Shown here in pieces: positions 20,651 to 29,268 of a DNA stretch of 64,000 nt; position 1 is the stretch's first letter, and every line of letters starts with the position of its first letter. Made by a program: the position numbers and the translations under genes. The stretch lies in NCBI GenBank assembly GCA_035651995.1, contig DASRER010000008.1:4065-68064 (forward strand), written 5' to 3'. The notes beneath the pieces are model-generated. The model did no database searches. It had not been told where the DNA came from and saw only the letters and a program-made list of their open reading frames with translations. The DNA is from Terriglobales bacterium (GTDB lineage Bacteria; Acidobacteriota; Terriglobia; Terriglobales; Acidobacteriaceae).

Positions 20651-21412
20651 TTGACATCTTTTGATCTGGGGCTTGCGACGCTTGCCGCGTTCGGCGCCGG
20701 TCTGGTGAACGCCATCGCGGGAGGGGGAACCCTTCTCTCGTTTCCGGCGCTGATGGCTATCGGTTTGCCCGGCGTTTCGGCGAACGTCACCAGCACGGTA
20801 GCGCTGTGGCCGGGATATCTGGGCGCAACGCTAGCGCAGCGTTCCGATCTTCGAGGCCAGGGCCACCGCCTGTGGGTGATGCTGCCCGTTGGAGTGGCCG
20901 GCGGCATACTCGGCGGACTCCTGTTGCTGCACACTGGCGAGCGCGCGTTTCGCTCGCTGGTGCCGTTTCTCATCCTGCTGGCTTCGACCCTGCTCGCGAT
21001 CCAGGACTGGGTCCGAGGATGGTTGCTGCGCAAGAGAGGCGCGGAAGCCGCGGGATCGGAGTCACCGATGTTGGCTGCCGTGCCGGTCGGCGCGGCGGCT
21101 ATCTACGGCGGTTACTTCGGGGCAGGGCTTAGCGTCATCATCCTCGCAGCGCTCGGCGTCCTCCTAAAAGACACGCTGACGCGTCTCAACGCGCTGAAAC
21201 AGTCGATTGCTCTAGCGGCAAATATCGGCGCCGTGTTCTTGTTCGTCCCCTCGGGGCATGTCGTCTGGACGGCTGCGCTGTTTATGGCGTTGGGTGCGAT
21301 TGCCGGCGGGGCGATTGGTGGTCGCTTGGCTTCACGGATTCAGCCTCGTACGCTCCGCTGGTCCGTAGTGGCGATAGGGGTAGTTGTCGGTGGTATCTAC
21401 CTGCTGCGATAA
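20651..21412 (+). CDS. TauE/SafE (DUF81) family anion (sulfite/organosulfonate) exporter
   Basis: 253 aa, about 7-8 TM segments. [24 protein letters not shown] and a second half [15 protein letters not shown]. Starts on TTG. Confidence 0.8.
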   Translation: MTSFDLGLATLAAFGAGLVNAIAGGGTLLSFPALMAIGLPGVSANVTSTVALWPGYLGATLAQRSDLRGQGHRLWVMLPVGVAGGILGGLLLLHTGERAFRSLVPFLILLASTLLAIQDWVRGWLLRKRGAEAAGSESPMLAAVPVGAAAIYGGYFGAGLSVIILAALGVLLKDTLTRLNALKQSIALAANIGAVFLFVPSGHVVWTAALFMALGAIAGGAIGGRLASRIQPRTLRWSVVAIGVVVGGIYLLR

Positions 21413-21488
21413 GCACGGCGGCGACAGCACGGCTGCGTGCTGCCGACGCGAGATCGCGCACGTTGCAATATCTGAATACGCCGCGGAG

Positions 21489-23177
21489 TCACACTCCGGT
21501 CGTGTCGGCGGGACCCGTGGCCCCGGGACTTCCGGCGGCGAGATAGCCGTTGCTGGCGCCGCTTTCTGATGGACTGACCCAGAACGAATAGAGACTGGCA
21601 TTGCGCAGATGGAATCGGAATCGCATTGGCGTATTCGAGAGGCGCGCTACATCGGTGGATTTCTTCCAGCACACTTGGTAGCGCGTGGAATCCACGCGAA
21701 TGGGAACGGAGTTCTCGCGCGTGTACGGCTCAATCGGCTTGTATTCCGCGTCAAGCGCTTCCACGCGCAACTCACCCTCGGGCGCTTCTACGTTAACGAA
21801 CAAATACTGGCCGCCAAACCGGAGTAGCCGCGTTGTGACGAACTCTTCTTCGCGTCCAGCATCCATCGAGGCGAAGCCGTCGCGGCGCAGTGTTGCCAGC
21901 CCCGTGGCGCACACGCCCGGCTCTTTCGAACCCGGCATCCCTTGTCGTCCACTGGTGTAAAAGAGCAGGCGATCACCCATGATCACGCAGCATCCACCGG
22001 TTGACTGTACGTTCCCGTAGTTCCAACTCTTCGGGTCTTCCGAAACTGGAATGAAGGGCTCACGATTTGGCCGGTGCCAGTGGAAGCCGTCCCGGCTGAA
22101 GGCGACAAAAAGCTGGTTGGGCTTTGGCCGCCCATTTCCGCCTTCGCCCGTCCAGATTGCGAACAAGCCAAGCAGAATACTTTCATACGCCACTGCGTCG
22201 AGATTGTAGAGCTCTGGGTTGACGCCGTATTCAGGCCGCGGTTTGTCGAGCCAGTCCGCGCCCACCCACTGCAGCGGCTCTCCCATGCTCCACTTTAGTC
22301 CCTCAACCACGTCGGGGTGCTCGCGATACCAACGCCGGCGTCCATACAGGCGCGACGTGGTGGCTTTTATGCTGTAGACCCAAACTTTCCTGAACGGATT
22401 ATAAAAAGCCGTGCAGCGATCCCCGGTTGGCCCGCTCTTTCCGACGGGACCGGTCCAATGAATGCCATCGGGGGAGAAGAACAACGACTGCTGCCGCGTG
22501 TTCTCGGGGCGCTGATAGGCGAACATTTTGTAGCGCTGCCGCGGGTTCGATTCGAACAGGTCGAGCCAAACCACCGTGGAGTCCCGACCGAACGTGCTCA
22601 CGATGTTCGTGCCCGGGACTACGTCGAGACTGGGCTTGGTCCAGTGCACTCCGTCGGTGGACGTGGCGTGACAGGTGTACCGGTCTACACCGCCCATGTA
22701 CCACATCTTCAACGTTCTATCTTTCGGGTCATACCAGACGCCGTCGCTGAAAGGCATGGCGCGCGCCGCCGGCACTTCCTTCTCAACCGCTTCACTCTCC
22801 CACGGCTTGTCCGCGACCACGATCGGGTTTTCCGATCCGTACTTGGCGCAATGGTAGCGGCGCGTGAGCCTGGACGGCTCGATCAGGTAGTCATCAATGA
22901 AAAGTTGACGGCCTACATCAATGGGGATGATGTCCGGAATGTAGTGTAGGTAGGGCACCATCATCGGCTCGCGCGTCGGCACGGTCGTGTAACGCGGAGG
23001 CCATTCTTTGGGCAGGACGATCCCGTTATGCAGCTGTTCGCCGCCTGGCGACGTGGCATTGCCGCCTGATGAAGGCGTAGCTGCCTCTTCCGCGCGCATC
23101 CAGGGCGATAGGGCTGCGGTGCCCAGAAGTGCTGACGATTTCTGAAGGAAGCGGCGGCGGTCCTTGAAGTGCGGCAT
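21489..23177 (-). CDS. Tat-exported beta-propeller glycoside-hydrolase-like protein (GH32/43/130-type fold; family not resolved)
   Basis: 562 aa. Leader KDRRRFLQKSSALLGTAAL. Blades such as WYDPKDRTLKMWY, ATSTDGVHWTKP, FFSPDGIHWTGP and AFSRDGFHWHRP. A C-terminal beta-sandwich follows. Confidence 0.55.
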   Translation of the reverse strand: MPHFKDRRRFLQKSSALLGTAALSPWMRAEEAATPSSGGNATSPGGEQLHNGIVLPKEWPPRYTTVPTREPMMVPYLHYIPDIIPIDVGRQLFIDDYLIEPSRLTRRYHCAKYGSENPIVVADKPWESEAVEKEVPAARAMPFSDGVWYDPKDRTLKMWYMGGVDRYTCHATSTDGVHWTKPSLDVVPGTNIVSTFGRDSTVVWLDLFESNPRQRYKMFAYQRPENTRQQSLFFSPDGIHWTGPVGKSGPTGDRCTAFYNPFRKVWVYSIKATTSRLYGRRRWYREHPDVVEGLKWSMGEPLQWVGADWLDKPRPEYGVNPELYNLDAVAYESILLGLFAIWTGEGGNGRPKPNQLFVAFSRDGFHWHRPNREPFIPVSEDPKSWNYGNVQSTGGCCVIMGDRLLFYTSGRQGMPGSKEPGVCATGLATLRRDGFASMDAGREEEFVTTRLLRFGGQYLFVNVEAPEGELRVEALDAEYKPIEPYTRENSVPIRVDSTRYQVCWKKSTDVARLSNTPMRFRFHLRNASLYSFWVSPSESGASNGYLAAGSPGATGPADTTGV

Positions 23178-23286
23178 TTAGCCTCTTCTGCGTGCGAACG
23201 AAGATTAGCAAAGCTCGGCGGGTACGAACGAGCTGTTCCATAATGAGGGATGGCACATGGCCGGACTGTGGGTCGTGCTGTAGTGT

Positions 23287-24444
23287 GTGTTTGAGAACTT
23301 CGAAGCCGGCGTTTGGCTAACGCCGACCTCGGTCTTTCCGGGGGCGAGATCGATGACTGAACAGGGTGGGGCGGCCCTCAAGAAGTCTGACGCCAGGGAA
23401 CCCGCCGACGGCGTGCCTGCCGGCGTGCATCCCTCAACATCACCCGGAAGCACAGGGTCGGCACTTGCCTCAATGCCGATGATTTGGGGTTACGTCATGC
23501 TGGTAACCTCCATCGTATTCAACGGCCTGCGATACAACCTCGAGGCGGCGGCCCTGAACGTCCAGCCGGAATCGAGCCCGCCAATATCGCCGTTGGGCGT
23601 CGTTATCGCGGCAAATTACGGGAGCGTTGTCGCGTGTCTCCTCACTGGCTGGGTTTGGCGTCAGTTGGGTCTTACTTGGGGCTCACTGCATCGAGTATCG
23701 TTCGCAGCCTGCATCGAGGCGGCGCGGGCACAAGGATGGCCGGTGCTGTTGGCCGGGTTCGGCGCGGCGTCCGGAGGCTGGTTCATCAACCAGACGAACA
23801 AGCTCTACGGGCCCGAGTTCACCGCATTTCTTGGCAACTTGATTCCCGCCATTCTCGTCCTTACTGGATTGCTTTCGGGAGAACGCCTACGCCTACGTGA
23901 ACTCTTCGCCGTCGGCGTGACGATTGCCGGTGCGTTTGTTTTCTCTTACCGGGATGGCCAGATGAACTGGTCAGGCATCGGGCTCATGGTTGCCGGCTGC
24001 GTGCTCATGTCCATGAAGAAGTCGCTGATGAAGCATGCGACTGGAGTTGGTCACCTCCCTAGCGTGATGACTCTTTCCTTGTTTCTGGTCGCAACGTGGG
24101 GATTGATCGGGGCGATATCTTCAGGAAGCCTTCATTTTGGCACGGCGAGGAGTATTGGGCTTTGTGTCGCCGCGGGTATTTCAGGCGCCATGATCGGCAT
24201 GAGCTTGTTATACGCCGGGCTCAATGTCGTCGGACTGGCTCGCGGCGCGCCGATCGACTCCCTGCGCCCGTTGGCTGTGGTCGCCATCGGCATGATCACA
24301 GGGACCGCCTTGCCAGCGCGCTTACAGCTATTGGGAGGCGCTATGGTGCTGATCGGATCAGCTGCCTTGGCCGGCATGGGCTCGAGGCGCAAGGAGCTGG
24401 AGCGAGCATCCGCACCAGTCGTTGCTGCGGCTACGAAGCCGTAG
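23287..24444 (+). CDS. DMT-superfamily (EamA-like) permease; start uncertain (ATG 23353 or 23473 possible)
   Basis: About 10 hydrophobic segments. Duplicated EamA-like ends LLSGERLRLRELFAVGVTIAGAFVF and LPARLQLLGGAMVLIGSAALAG. Confidence 0.6.
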   Translation: MFENFEAGVWLTPTSVFPGARSMTEQGGAALKKSDAREPADGVPAGVHPSTSPGSTGSALASMPMIWGYVMLVTSIVFNGLRYNLEAAALNVQPESSPPISPLGVVIAANYGSVVACLLTGWVWRQLGLTWGSLHRVSFAACIEAARAQGWPVLLAGFGAASGGWFINQTNKLYGPEFTAFLGNLIPAILVLTGLLSGERLRLRELFAVGVTIAGAFVFSYRDGQMNWSGIGLMVAGCVLMSMKKSLMKHATGVGHLPSVMTLSLFLVATWGLIGAISSGSLHFGTARSIGLCVAAGISGAMIGMSLLYAGLNVVGLARGAPIDSLRPLAVVAIGMITGTALPARLQLLGGAMVLIGSAALAGMGSRRKELERASAPVVAAATKP

Positions 24445-24585
24445 GTAAGCATGATTTTGCACTGCACACAGCACTGAAAAGCCTGACCCGACCGACACTC
24501 GGCGGCCCGAATTACGACTGCTGTTCCCAGCCTGGGTCATTGAATCCACGCAGGAGGGGTGGAGTGCGACGACTTCCTAGACCGT

Positions 24586-24618
24586 AGGTCGGCAGTTCGA
24601 CTCTGCCCGGGGCCTCCA
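24586..24618 (+). pseudogene. isolated 3' fragment of a tRNA (variable loop, T-arm, acceptor 3' strand, U discriminator, CCA)
   Basis: AGGTC GGCAG-TTCGACT-CTGCC CGGGGCC T CCA. No complementary GGCCCCG 5' strand and no foldable D or anticodon arm in the preceding 60-100 nt. Confidence 0.45.
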
Positions 24619-25066
24619 GGTTCCTTGGCGCCTCAATCCGCTCGATCCCAATCACTTGCACGCATTGCGAATGGTGTTCAGTGGGCTGTTCGCAGACCTT
24701 AGTCCGCCTGAAATTCGTGGAATCGCCATTCACGCGCTGATCAGTCGTCAGAAGCAGGACTGTCCCTTCATCGAACGGGGTGTTTGCGCTGGTACTACGG
24801 CAGCGAGAACGAGGCTTACCGGAATCTCCTAGTAGCTTCTCAGACTTGTTCCGCATCGAACTGGGCCCTCCACCTCATACCAGCAGAGTAGTTGCCCGCC
24901 TAGCCTTCATTCCACGCGCCGCGCGTCCGAGAAGGCACAAAACTGCCCGCATTGTCACGTTGTAGCCCGCATCCGGAGCGCCGAAGGGTCTCCTGAGTAG
25001 GAAGCGTCTCCCCAGGACCAGGTTGCAAGCGCGCAAACAGGGTCCTCACTTGTCCTGCATCGCGCC

Positions 25067-25411
25067 CTACGGCCCGAAGTGAGCGCTCAGGTAGTCAATC
25101 AGGGCGTCACGATCGCCGGACTCAACCAGCGCGCCCCAGCGGACCATTTTGTCCACTTCCCTGGTCCAGGTTTTTTTGTCGAGACGCTGCTGCACGATGA
25201 TGTGCGCGTCGTGGCACTCGAGGCAGGCGGTCTCCGCTTTTGCTTTCATGGGGCCGCGTGGCAGATCGGGGCCGGCGGACCTGACGCCGGTTTTCGCCGG
25301 CGGCTTGCCCGGAGTCTGCGCGACGAGCGGCAGCAGGATGAACGCCAGGCCGAAAGCGGCAACCGTGGCGACTGCACGCGGGCGAACACGAAGCTGGCTA
25401 TGCGGTAACAT
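25067..25411 (-). CDS. sorB: mono-haem cytochrome c, probable SorB electron acceptor of sulfite dehydrogenase
   Basis: 114 aa. Signal peptide AAFGLAFILLPLVAQ and a single CLECH haem-binding motif. The start overlaps the sorA stop by 14 nt. Confidence 0.7.
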   Translation of the reverse strand: MLPHSQLRVRPRAVATVAAFGLAFILLPLVAQTPGKPPAKTGVRSAGPDLPRGPMKAKAETACLECHDAHIIVQQRLDKKTWTREVDKMVRWGALVESGDRDALIDYLSAHFGP

Positions 25412-26552
25412 TCACCCTCACGCGATCGTATCCGTTCCAGAGATATCCGCTGGGGTTCCAGGCGCCCGCGGCGGGCTGAGTGCGTCCGTCGCTGTCGGTC
25501 GCGCGTGACAGGATGGTGTATTCGCCGGCCCGCGGCGGTTTCCAGGCGAACTCCCACATCCGCCAGGCGTACCTGGCGCGCTCTGCGCCGAGCCGCGCAT
25601 TGCTCCATGACGCGCCGCCGTCAGTGGAGATTTCCACGCGAACCACCTCGGCTTCCCCCGCCCAGGCCATGCCGGCGATTCGCGCGGCTTGGGCGGGGAT
25701 TCGCGCGCCTTCCGCCGGATGCGTGATCAGCGACTTTACGTTGAGCCGGGTGATGGCAGCGGTCTGATCGGGATTGACTTCGCCGCCGGGAGCAAGGGGA
25801 GAAGCCGGCAACCGATACCCCGGCTTCATGAAGTTGCCCTCGAACTCGCGATCGAGCACGCGGACCTCGGTAAGCCACTTCACGCTGGCGGCCCCGATCC
25901 ATCCGGGCACGAGGGCGCGGGCAGGGAATCCGTGATGCTTGAGCAGGGGCGCGCCGTTCATGTGGAGGGCAACGAGCGTGCCGGAGTCGAGCGCCTTCTC
26001 AATGGGAATGCTGCGAATGAACTGCGGCACCCTGCCCGGCGGCTCTTCGAGTCCCTTGAAAGCGACATGCTTTGCCGTGGACTTGAGACCGGCGCGCGCG
26101 AGCACGTCCTTGAGACGCGGCCCGGTGAAACGCGCGGTGCCGACCGCGCCGCGCTTCCACTGGATGCCCGGAACATGCGGCCCGAAGAAGGCGCGTCCGT
26201 TGCCGGCGCACTCCAGCGTGTTGGTGACGCTGGCAGCTTCCATGCGCACCAGGTCGCGCATGGTGAGGCTGACTGGCCTTTCGACTTCGCCCACAATGTT
26301 CAGGCGCCAGGCGTCGAGGTCGAACGCGAATGGTTCCGAGACGTGGTTGCGCACGAAGAACAGCGGGACGGGAGTGATGAACGTGGTCAGCGCCGATGCG
26401 GGCGCTTCCAGGTCGAAGTAGCGGAGCGAGTTGACGATGAGGCGCTCTTTGCCGGGAACGCCGCCTGCGGCGAGGGCGTCCAGCGGGCCAAGCGCCGACA
26501 CGGCGCCGGCCGCAAGCGCGCTTTGCAGAAAGGTTCGCCGGGAAATCTCCAT
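25398..26552 (-). CDS. sorA: Tat-exported molybdopterin sulfite dehydrogenase (sulfite-oxidase family)
   Basis: The ORF opens at 26717. The likely start is ATG 26552 (MEISRRTFLQSALAAGAVSAL). It has the Mo-cysteine motif TNTLECAGNGR and a dimerisation-domain C-terminus. Confidence 0.85.
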   Translation of the reverse strand: MEISRRTFLQSALAAGAVSALGPLDALAAGGVPGKERLIVNSLRYFDLEAPASALTTFITPVPLFFVRNHVSEPFAFDLDAWRLNIVGEVERPVSLTMRDLVRMEAASVTNTLECAGNGRAFFGPHVPGIQWKRGAVGTARFTGPRLKDVLARAGLKSTAKHVAFKGLEEPPGRVPQFIRSIPIEKALDSGTLVALHMNGAPLLKHHGFPARALVPGWIGAASVKWLTEVRVLDREFEGNFMKPGYRLPASPLAPGGEVNPDQTAAITRLNVKSLITHPAEGARIPAQAARIAGMAWAGEAEVVRVEISTDGGASWSNARLGAERARYAWRMWEFAWKPPRAGEYTILSRATDSDGRTQPAAGAWNPSGYLWNGYDRVRVNVTA

Positions 26553-26826
26553 CGGCCGAGATTCTAAACCAAGGGCACGAGTGATATGTACGGCCAGGCA
26601 GCCAGCGACGCTCGCGACGCTAGCGGCGCCTGCCCCTCCCATCCTGCCGCCGGCTTGCGCCCCGGTGGAAAAGCTGGACGATGCCAGGCAAGCGAGGGCG
26701 CCGCCAATAACTGTCAAAAGCAGCCGTTGGGTGCCGGGCCGAACCCGATGCCGGCGCGAGAAGCGGAAAGCAGCGCGCTTCTGACCCGGTTGCGTTTTTC
26801 GTCGGCGTCACGCGAAACTGTTTCGG

Positions 26827-29091
26827 ATGGCAATTCGCATCGTTTTCCTCTGGCACATGCACCAGCCGTACTACAAGGACCTGGTGAGCGGCGAGTACCG
26901 CCTGCCCTGGGTCCGGATGCATGCGCTGAAGGACTATTACGGCATGGTGAAGGTGCTGGATGAGTTCCCCAGCGTCCACCAGACGTTCAACCTGGTGCCG
27001 TCGCTGCTCACGCAGCTCGATGACTACGTGACCGGCGCGGCGCGCGATCCGTTCTTCGATGTGGCCGCGCGTCCGGTGGGCGAGCTCACCGCGGAGGATC
27101 GCCGCTTCGGCCTACAGTATTTGTTTCAGGCCAATCCCACGCACATGATCGGGCGCTATCCGCGGTACCACGAGTTGTGGGAGCGCTTCCGCGGCTTCGG
27201 ACAGGACCCCAAGCGCGCCGAGCCGTTCTTCACCGCCGCCGAGTTCACCGACCTGCAAGTGCTCTCGCAACTGGCGTGGTTCGACGAGTTCTTTCTCGAC
27301 GAGCCCGAGATTGCGGCGCTGGTGCGCAAAGGGCGCGGATACTCGCTTGAGGACCAGCGCTTCGTCACCGAGCGCGAACGCGACCTGATGGCGCGGGTGC
27401 TGCCGGCGTATCGCGGCGCGGCCGAGCGCGGACTGGTGGAGGTCTCGACGTCACCGTTCTACCATCCGATTCTTCCGCTGCTGTGCGACACGAATGCGGG
27501 GGCAGCGTCGTCGCCGGGGCTGCCGCTGCCCTCGCGTTTCCAGCGTCCGGACGATGCGCGCGAACAGCTGCGCCGCGCCATCGAGCTGCACGAGCAGCTG
27601 TTCGGAGCGCGGCCGCGCGGCGTGTGGCCGTCGGAGGGCAGCGTGTCGGAGGCGGTGCTGGCGATCGCGCACGAACTGGGCATCGGGTGGATGGCGACCG
27701 ACGAAGGTGTGCTGGGGCGCAGCACGGGCAGCCACTTCCTGCGCGATCACGACGGGCGGCTGCCGGCCGACGCCGCGGCGCGGCTCTACAACCTGTATCG
27801 CTACCGCAACGGCGGAACGGAGATGAACCTCATCTTCCGCGACCACGCGCTGAGCGACCTGATCGGGTTTGTGTACTCGGGCATGCCCCCGCAAGAGGCT
27901 GCGGACCACCTCATCCGTCGGATCAAGGAATCGGCGCGGGTGATAGCAGCTTCAGGGCGTGACGTGGTGGTGCCCATTGTCCTCGACGGAGAAAACGCGT
28001 GGGAGTACTACCCGAGGTCGGGGCGCGAGTTCCTGCGCCGGCTGTACGACGGCATCGCGCGCGATGCTGAGCTGGAAGCATTGACCATGACGGAGGCGAT
28101 CGCGCGGCATCGCAACTTCGGCGAGCTTGGATCGCTGGCGCCGGGGTCGTGGATCAACGCAAACTTCAACGTGTGGATCGGCGCTCCGGAAGACAACCGC
28201 GCATGGGACGAGCTTGGCATGGCGCGCGACTTTTACGAGCGCAACGCGGCCGCGGCCGATCCCGAGCGGCGCGCGCTTGCCTTCGAGGAATTGTTGATCG
28301 CCGAGGGCAGCGATTGGAACTGGTGGTACGGGCCGGAGCATCACTCGGCCAACGATCGCGAGTTCGACGAGCTTTATCGCAAACACCTGTCGAACGTTTA
28401 CCAATTGCTGGGCGCGGCGCCGCCGGAGTCGCTGGCGCAGGCGATCGGCCAGCCGGCGGGGCGTCCGTACTTCGTGCCGCAGACGGCGTATGTGCATCCG
28501 CGCATCGGCGATGCGGCGGCGCGCTACTTCGACTGGCTGGGCGCGGCCATGTACACGCATGACCGGACCACCAGCGCCATGCACGGGCGCAGCTTCTTCC
28601 TCGATGTGCTGCAGGCGGGCATCGACGAGGAGTCGCTCTACGTTCACGTGGAGTTCGCCGGAGGCCGGCCGCCGTCCGCCGACGAAGGCGTATTCGAAGC
28701 GGTGCTCGCGGCCGAGAGCCTGGCTGCCGGCACGGAGAAGCCCGCGCATTCGCTCCGGCTGACGCTGGAGATGGAAGGCGGAGCCATCCGCAGTTCGCGG
28801 CTCGTGCGCGATCCGCAGCCGGCGGGCAACGGCGATGTGGGCATCGCACCGGATGGCGACCAGACCGCGGCGTCAACTTCGACCGCGCAGGACGGTTTGC
28901 TCTGGCGATTGCGCGATGCGCTGGAGGCGCAGATCCCGCTGCGGCTGTTGTCCGCCGGCGAGGGCAGCCGCCTTCGTGTTCGCGTCACGCTGTGGCGCGC
29001 GCGCCTTCCGGTGGACGCGCTCCCGCTGGACGGATGGATCGAGCTGAAAGTGGCGCCGGAGCACGAGCTGTCAGGAGCGGGGAACTGGTGA
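26827..29091 (+). CDS. glycoside hydrolase family 57 alpha-glucan enzyme with long C-terminal extension
   Basis: 754 aa. The N-terminus MAIRIVFLWHMHQPYY...LPWVRMHALKDYYGM...FNLVPSLLTQL is diagnostic of GH57. Confidence 0.85.
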   Translation: MAIRIVFLWHMHQPYYKDLVSGEYRLPWVRMHALKDYYGMVKVLDEFPSVHQTFNLVPSLLTQLDDYVTGAARDPFFDVAARPVGELTAEDRRFGLQYLFQANPTHMIGRYPRYHELWERFRGFGQDPKRAEPFFTAAEFTDLQVLSQLAWFDEFFLDEPEIAALVRKGRGYSLEDQRFVTERERDLMARVLPAYRGAAERGLVEVSTSPFYHPILPLLCDTNAGAASSPGLPLPSRFQRPDDAREQLRRAIELHEQLFGARPRGVWPSEGSVSEAVLAIAHELGIGWMATDEGVLGRSTGSHFLRDHDGRLPADAAARLYNLYRYRNGGTEMNLIFRDHALSDLIGFVYSGMPPQEAADHLIRRIKESARVIAASGRDVVVPIVLDGENAWEYYPRSGREFLRRLYDGIARDAELEALTMTEAIARHRNFGELGSLAPGSWINANFNVWIGAPEDNRAWDELGMARDFYERNAAAADPERRALAFEELLIAEGSDWNWWYGPEHHSANDREFDELYRKHLSNVYQLLGAAPPESLAQAIGQPAGRPYFVPQTAYVHPRIGDAAARYFDWLGAAMYTHDRTTSAMHGRSFFLDVLQAGIDEESLYVHVEFAGGRPPSADEGVFEAVLAAESLAAGTEKPAHSLRLTLEMEGGAIRSSRLVRDPQPAGNGDVGIAPDGDQTAASTSTAQDGLLWRLRDALEAQIPLRLLSAGEGSRLRVRVTLWRARLPVDALPLDGWIELKVAPEHELSGAGNW

Positions 29092-29095
29092 AGAA

Positions 29096-29122
29096 ATTGC
29101 CGAACTGCCGAATTGCGGAATT
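29096..29122. repeat. tandem octamer 'TGCCGAA' word element, copy 1
   Basis: ATTGCCGAACTGCCGAATTGCGGAATT matches 33523-33549 at 25 of 27 positions. Confidence 0.6.
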
Positions 29123-29140
29123 CCGAGTTGCGTCGACGGC

Positions 29141-29166
29141 AGAGACGTAAAACTTGTTACGTCTCT
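29141..29166. terminator. hairpin between convergent genes (GH57 and the secreted protein gene)
   Basis: AGAGACGTAA (29141-29150) and TTACGTCTCT (29157-29166) are exact reverse complements with a 6-nt loop. There is no clear U-tract. Confidence 0.35.
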
Positions 29167-29268
29167 CACGGCTGGCCGGGAGACGTTGCAAGCAATGTCT
29201 CCAAAAAAAAAGCGCGCAGCCGAAGCCGCGCGCACTATCCACTGGACCACGTTCCACTCTCCACTGCT

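Noticed and set aside
24519-24618. Possibility that the tRNA-like sequence is selC (tRNA-Sec), which would fit the selenoprotein candidate, or the 3' end of tmRNA
   Set aside because: The discriminator is U rather than G (Sec) or A (tmRNA). No 8-bp acceptor stem, UCA anticodon loop or long variable arm can be drawn from the upstream 100 nt. A tmRNA would have to start inside the upstream permease CDS, and I could find no tag reading frame.
24512-24856. 114-aa minus-strand ORF next to the tRNA fragment as a possible integrase N-terminal remnant (…FDEGTVLLLTTDQRVNGDSTNFRR… vaguely like the DUF4102 arm-binding domain)
   Set aside because: The similarity is too weak to defend by eye. The ORF runs into and translates the tRNA-like sequence itself, and no catalytic-domain remnant follows.
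26553-26717. N-terminal extensions offered by the ORF track for sorA (to 26717), the MacB permease (to 49799), TlpA (to 43778), glnA (from 38544), PTPS2 (from 44883), the lipoprotein (from 42089) and the small secreted protein (to 37039)
   Set aside because: In each case an internal ATG preceded by a Shine-Dalgarno sequence, and/or followed by a canonical signal or Tat peptide or the family N-terminus, gives a normal-length protein. The extensions are Arg/Gly-rich or overlap the neighbouring gene.
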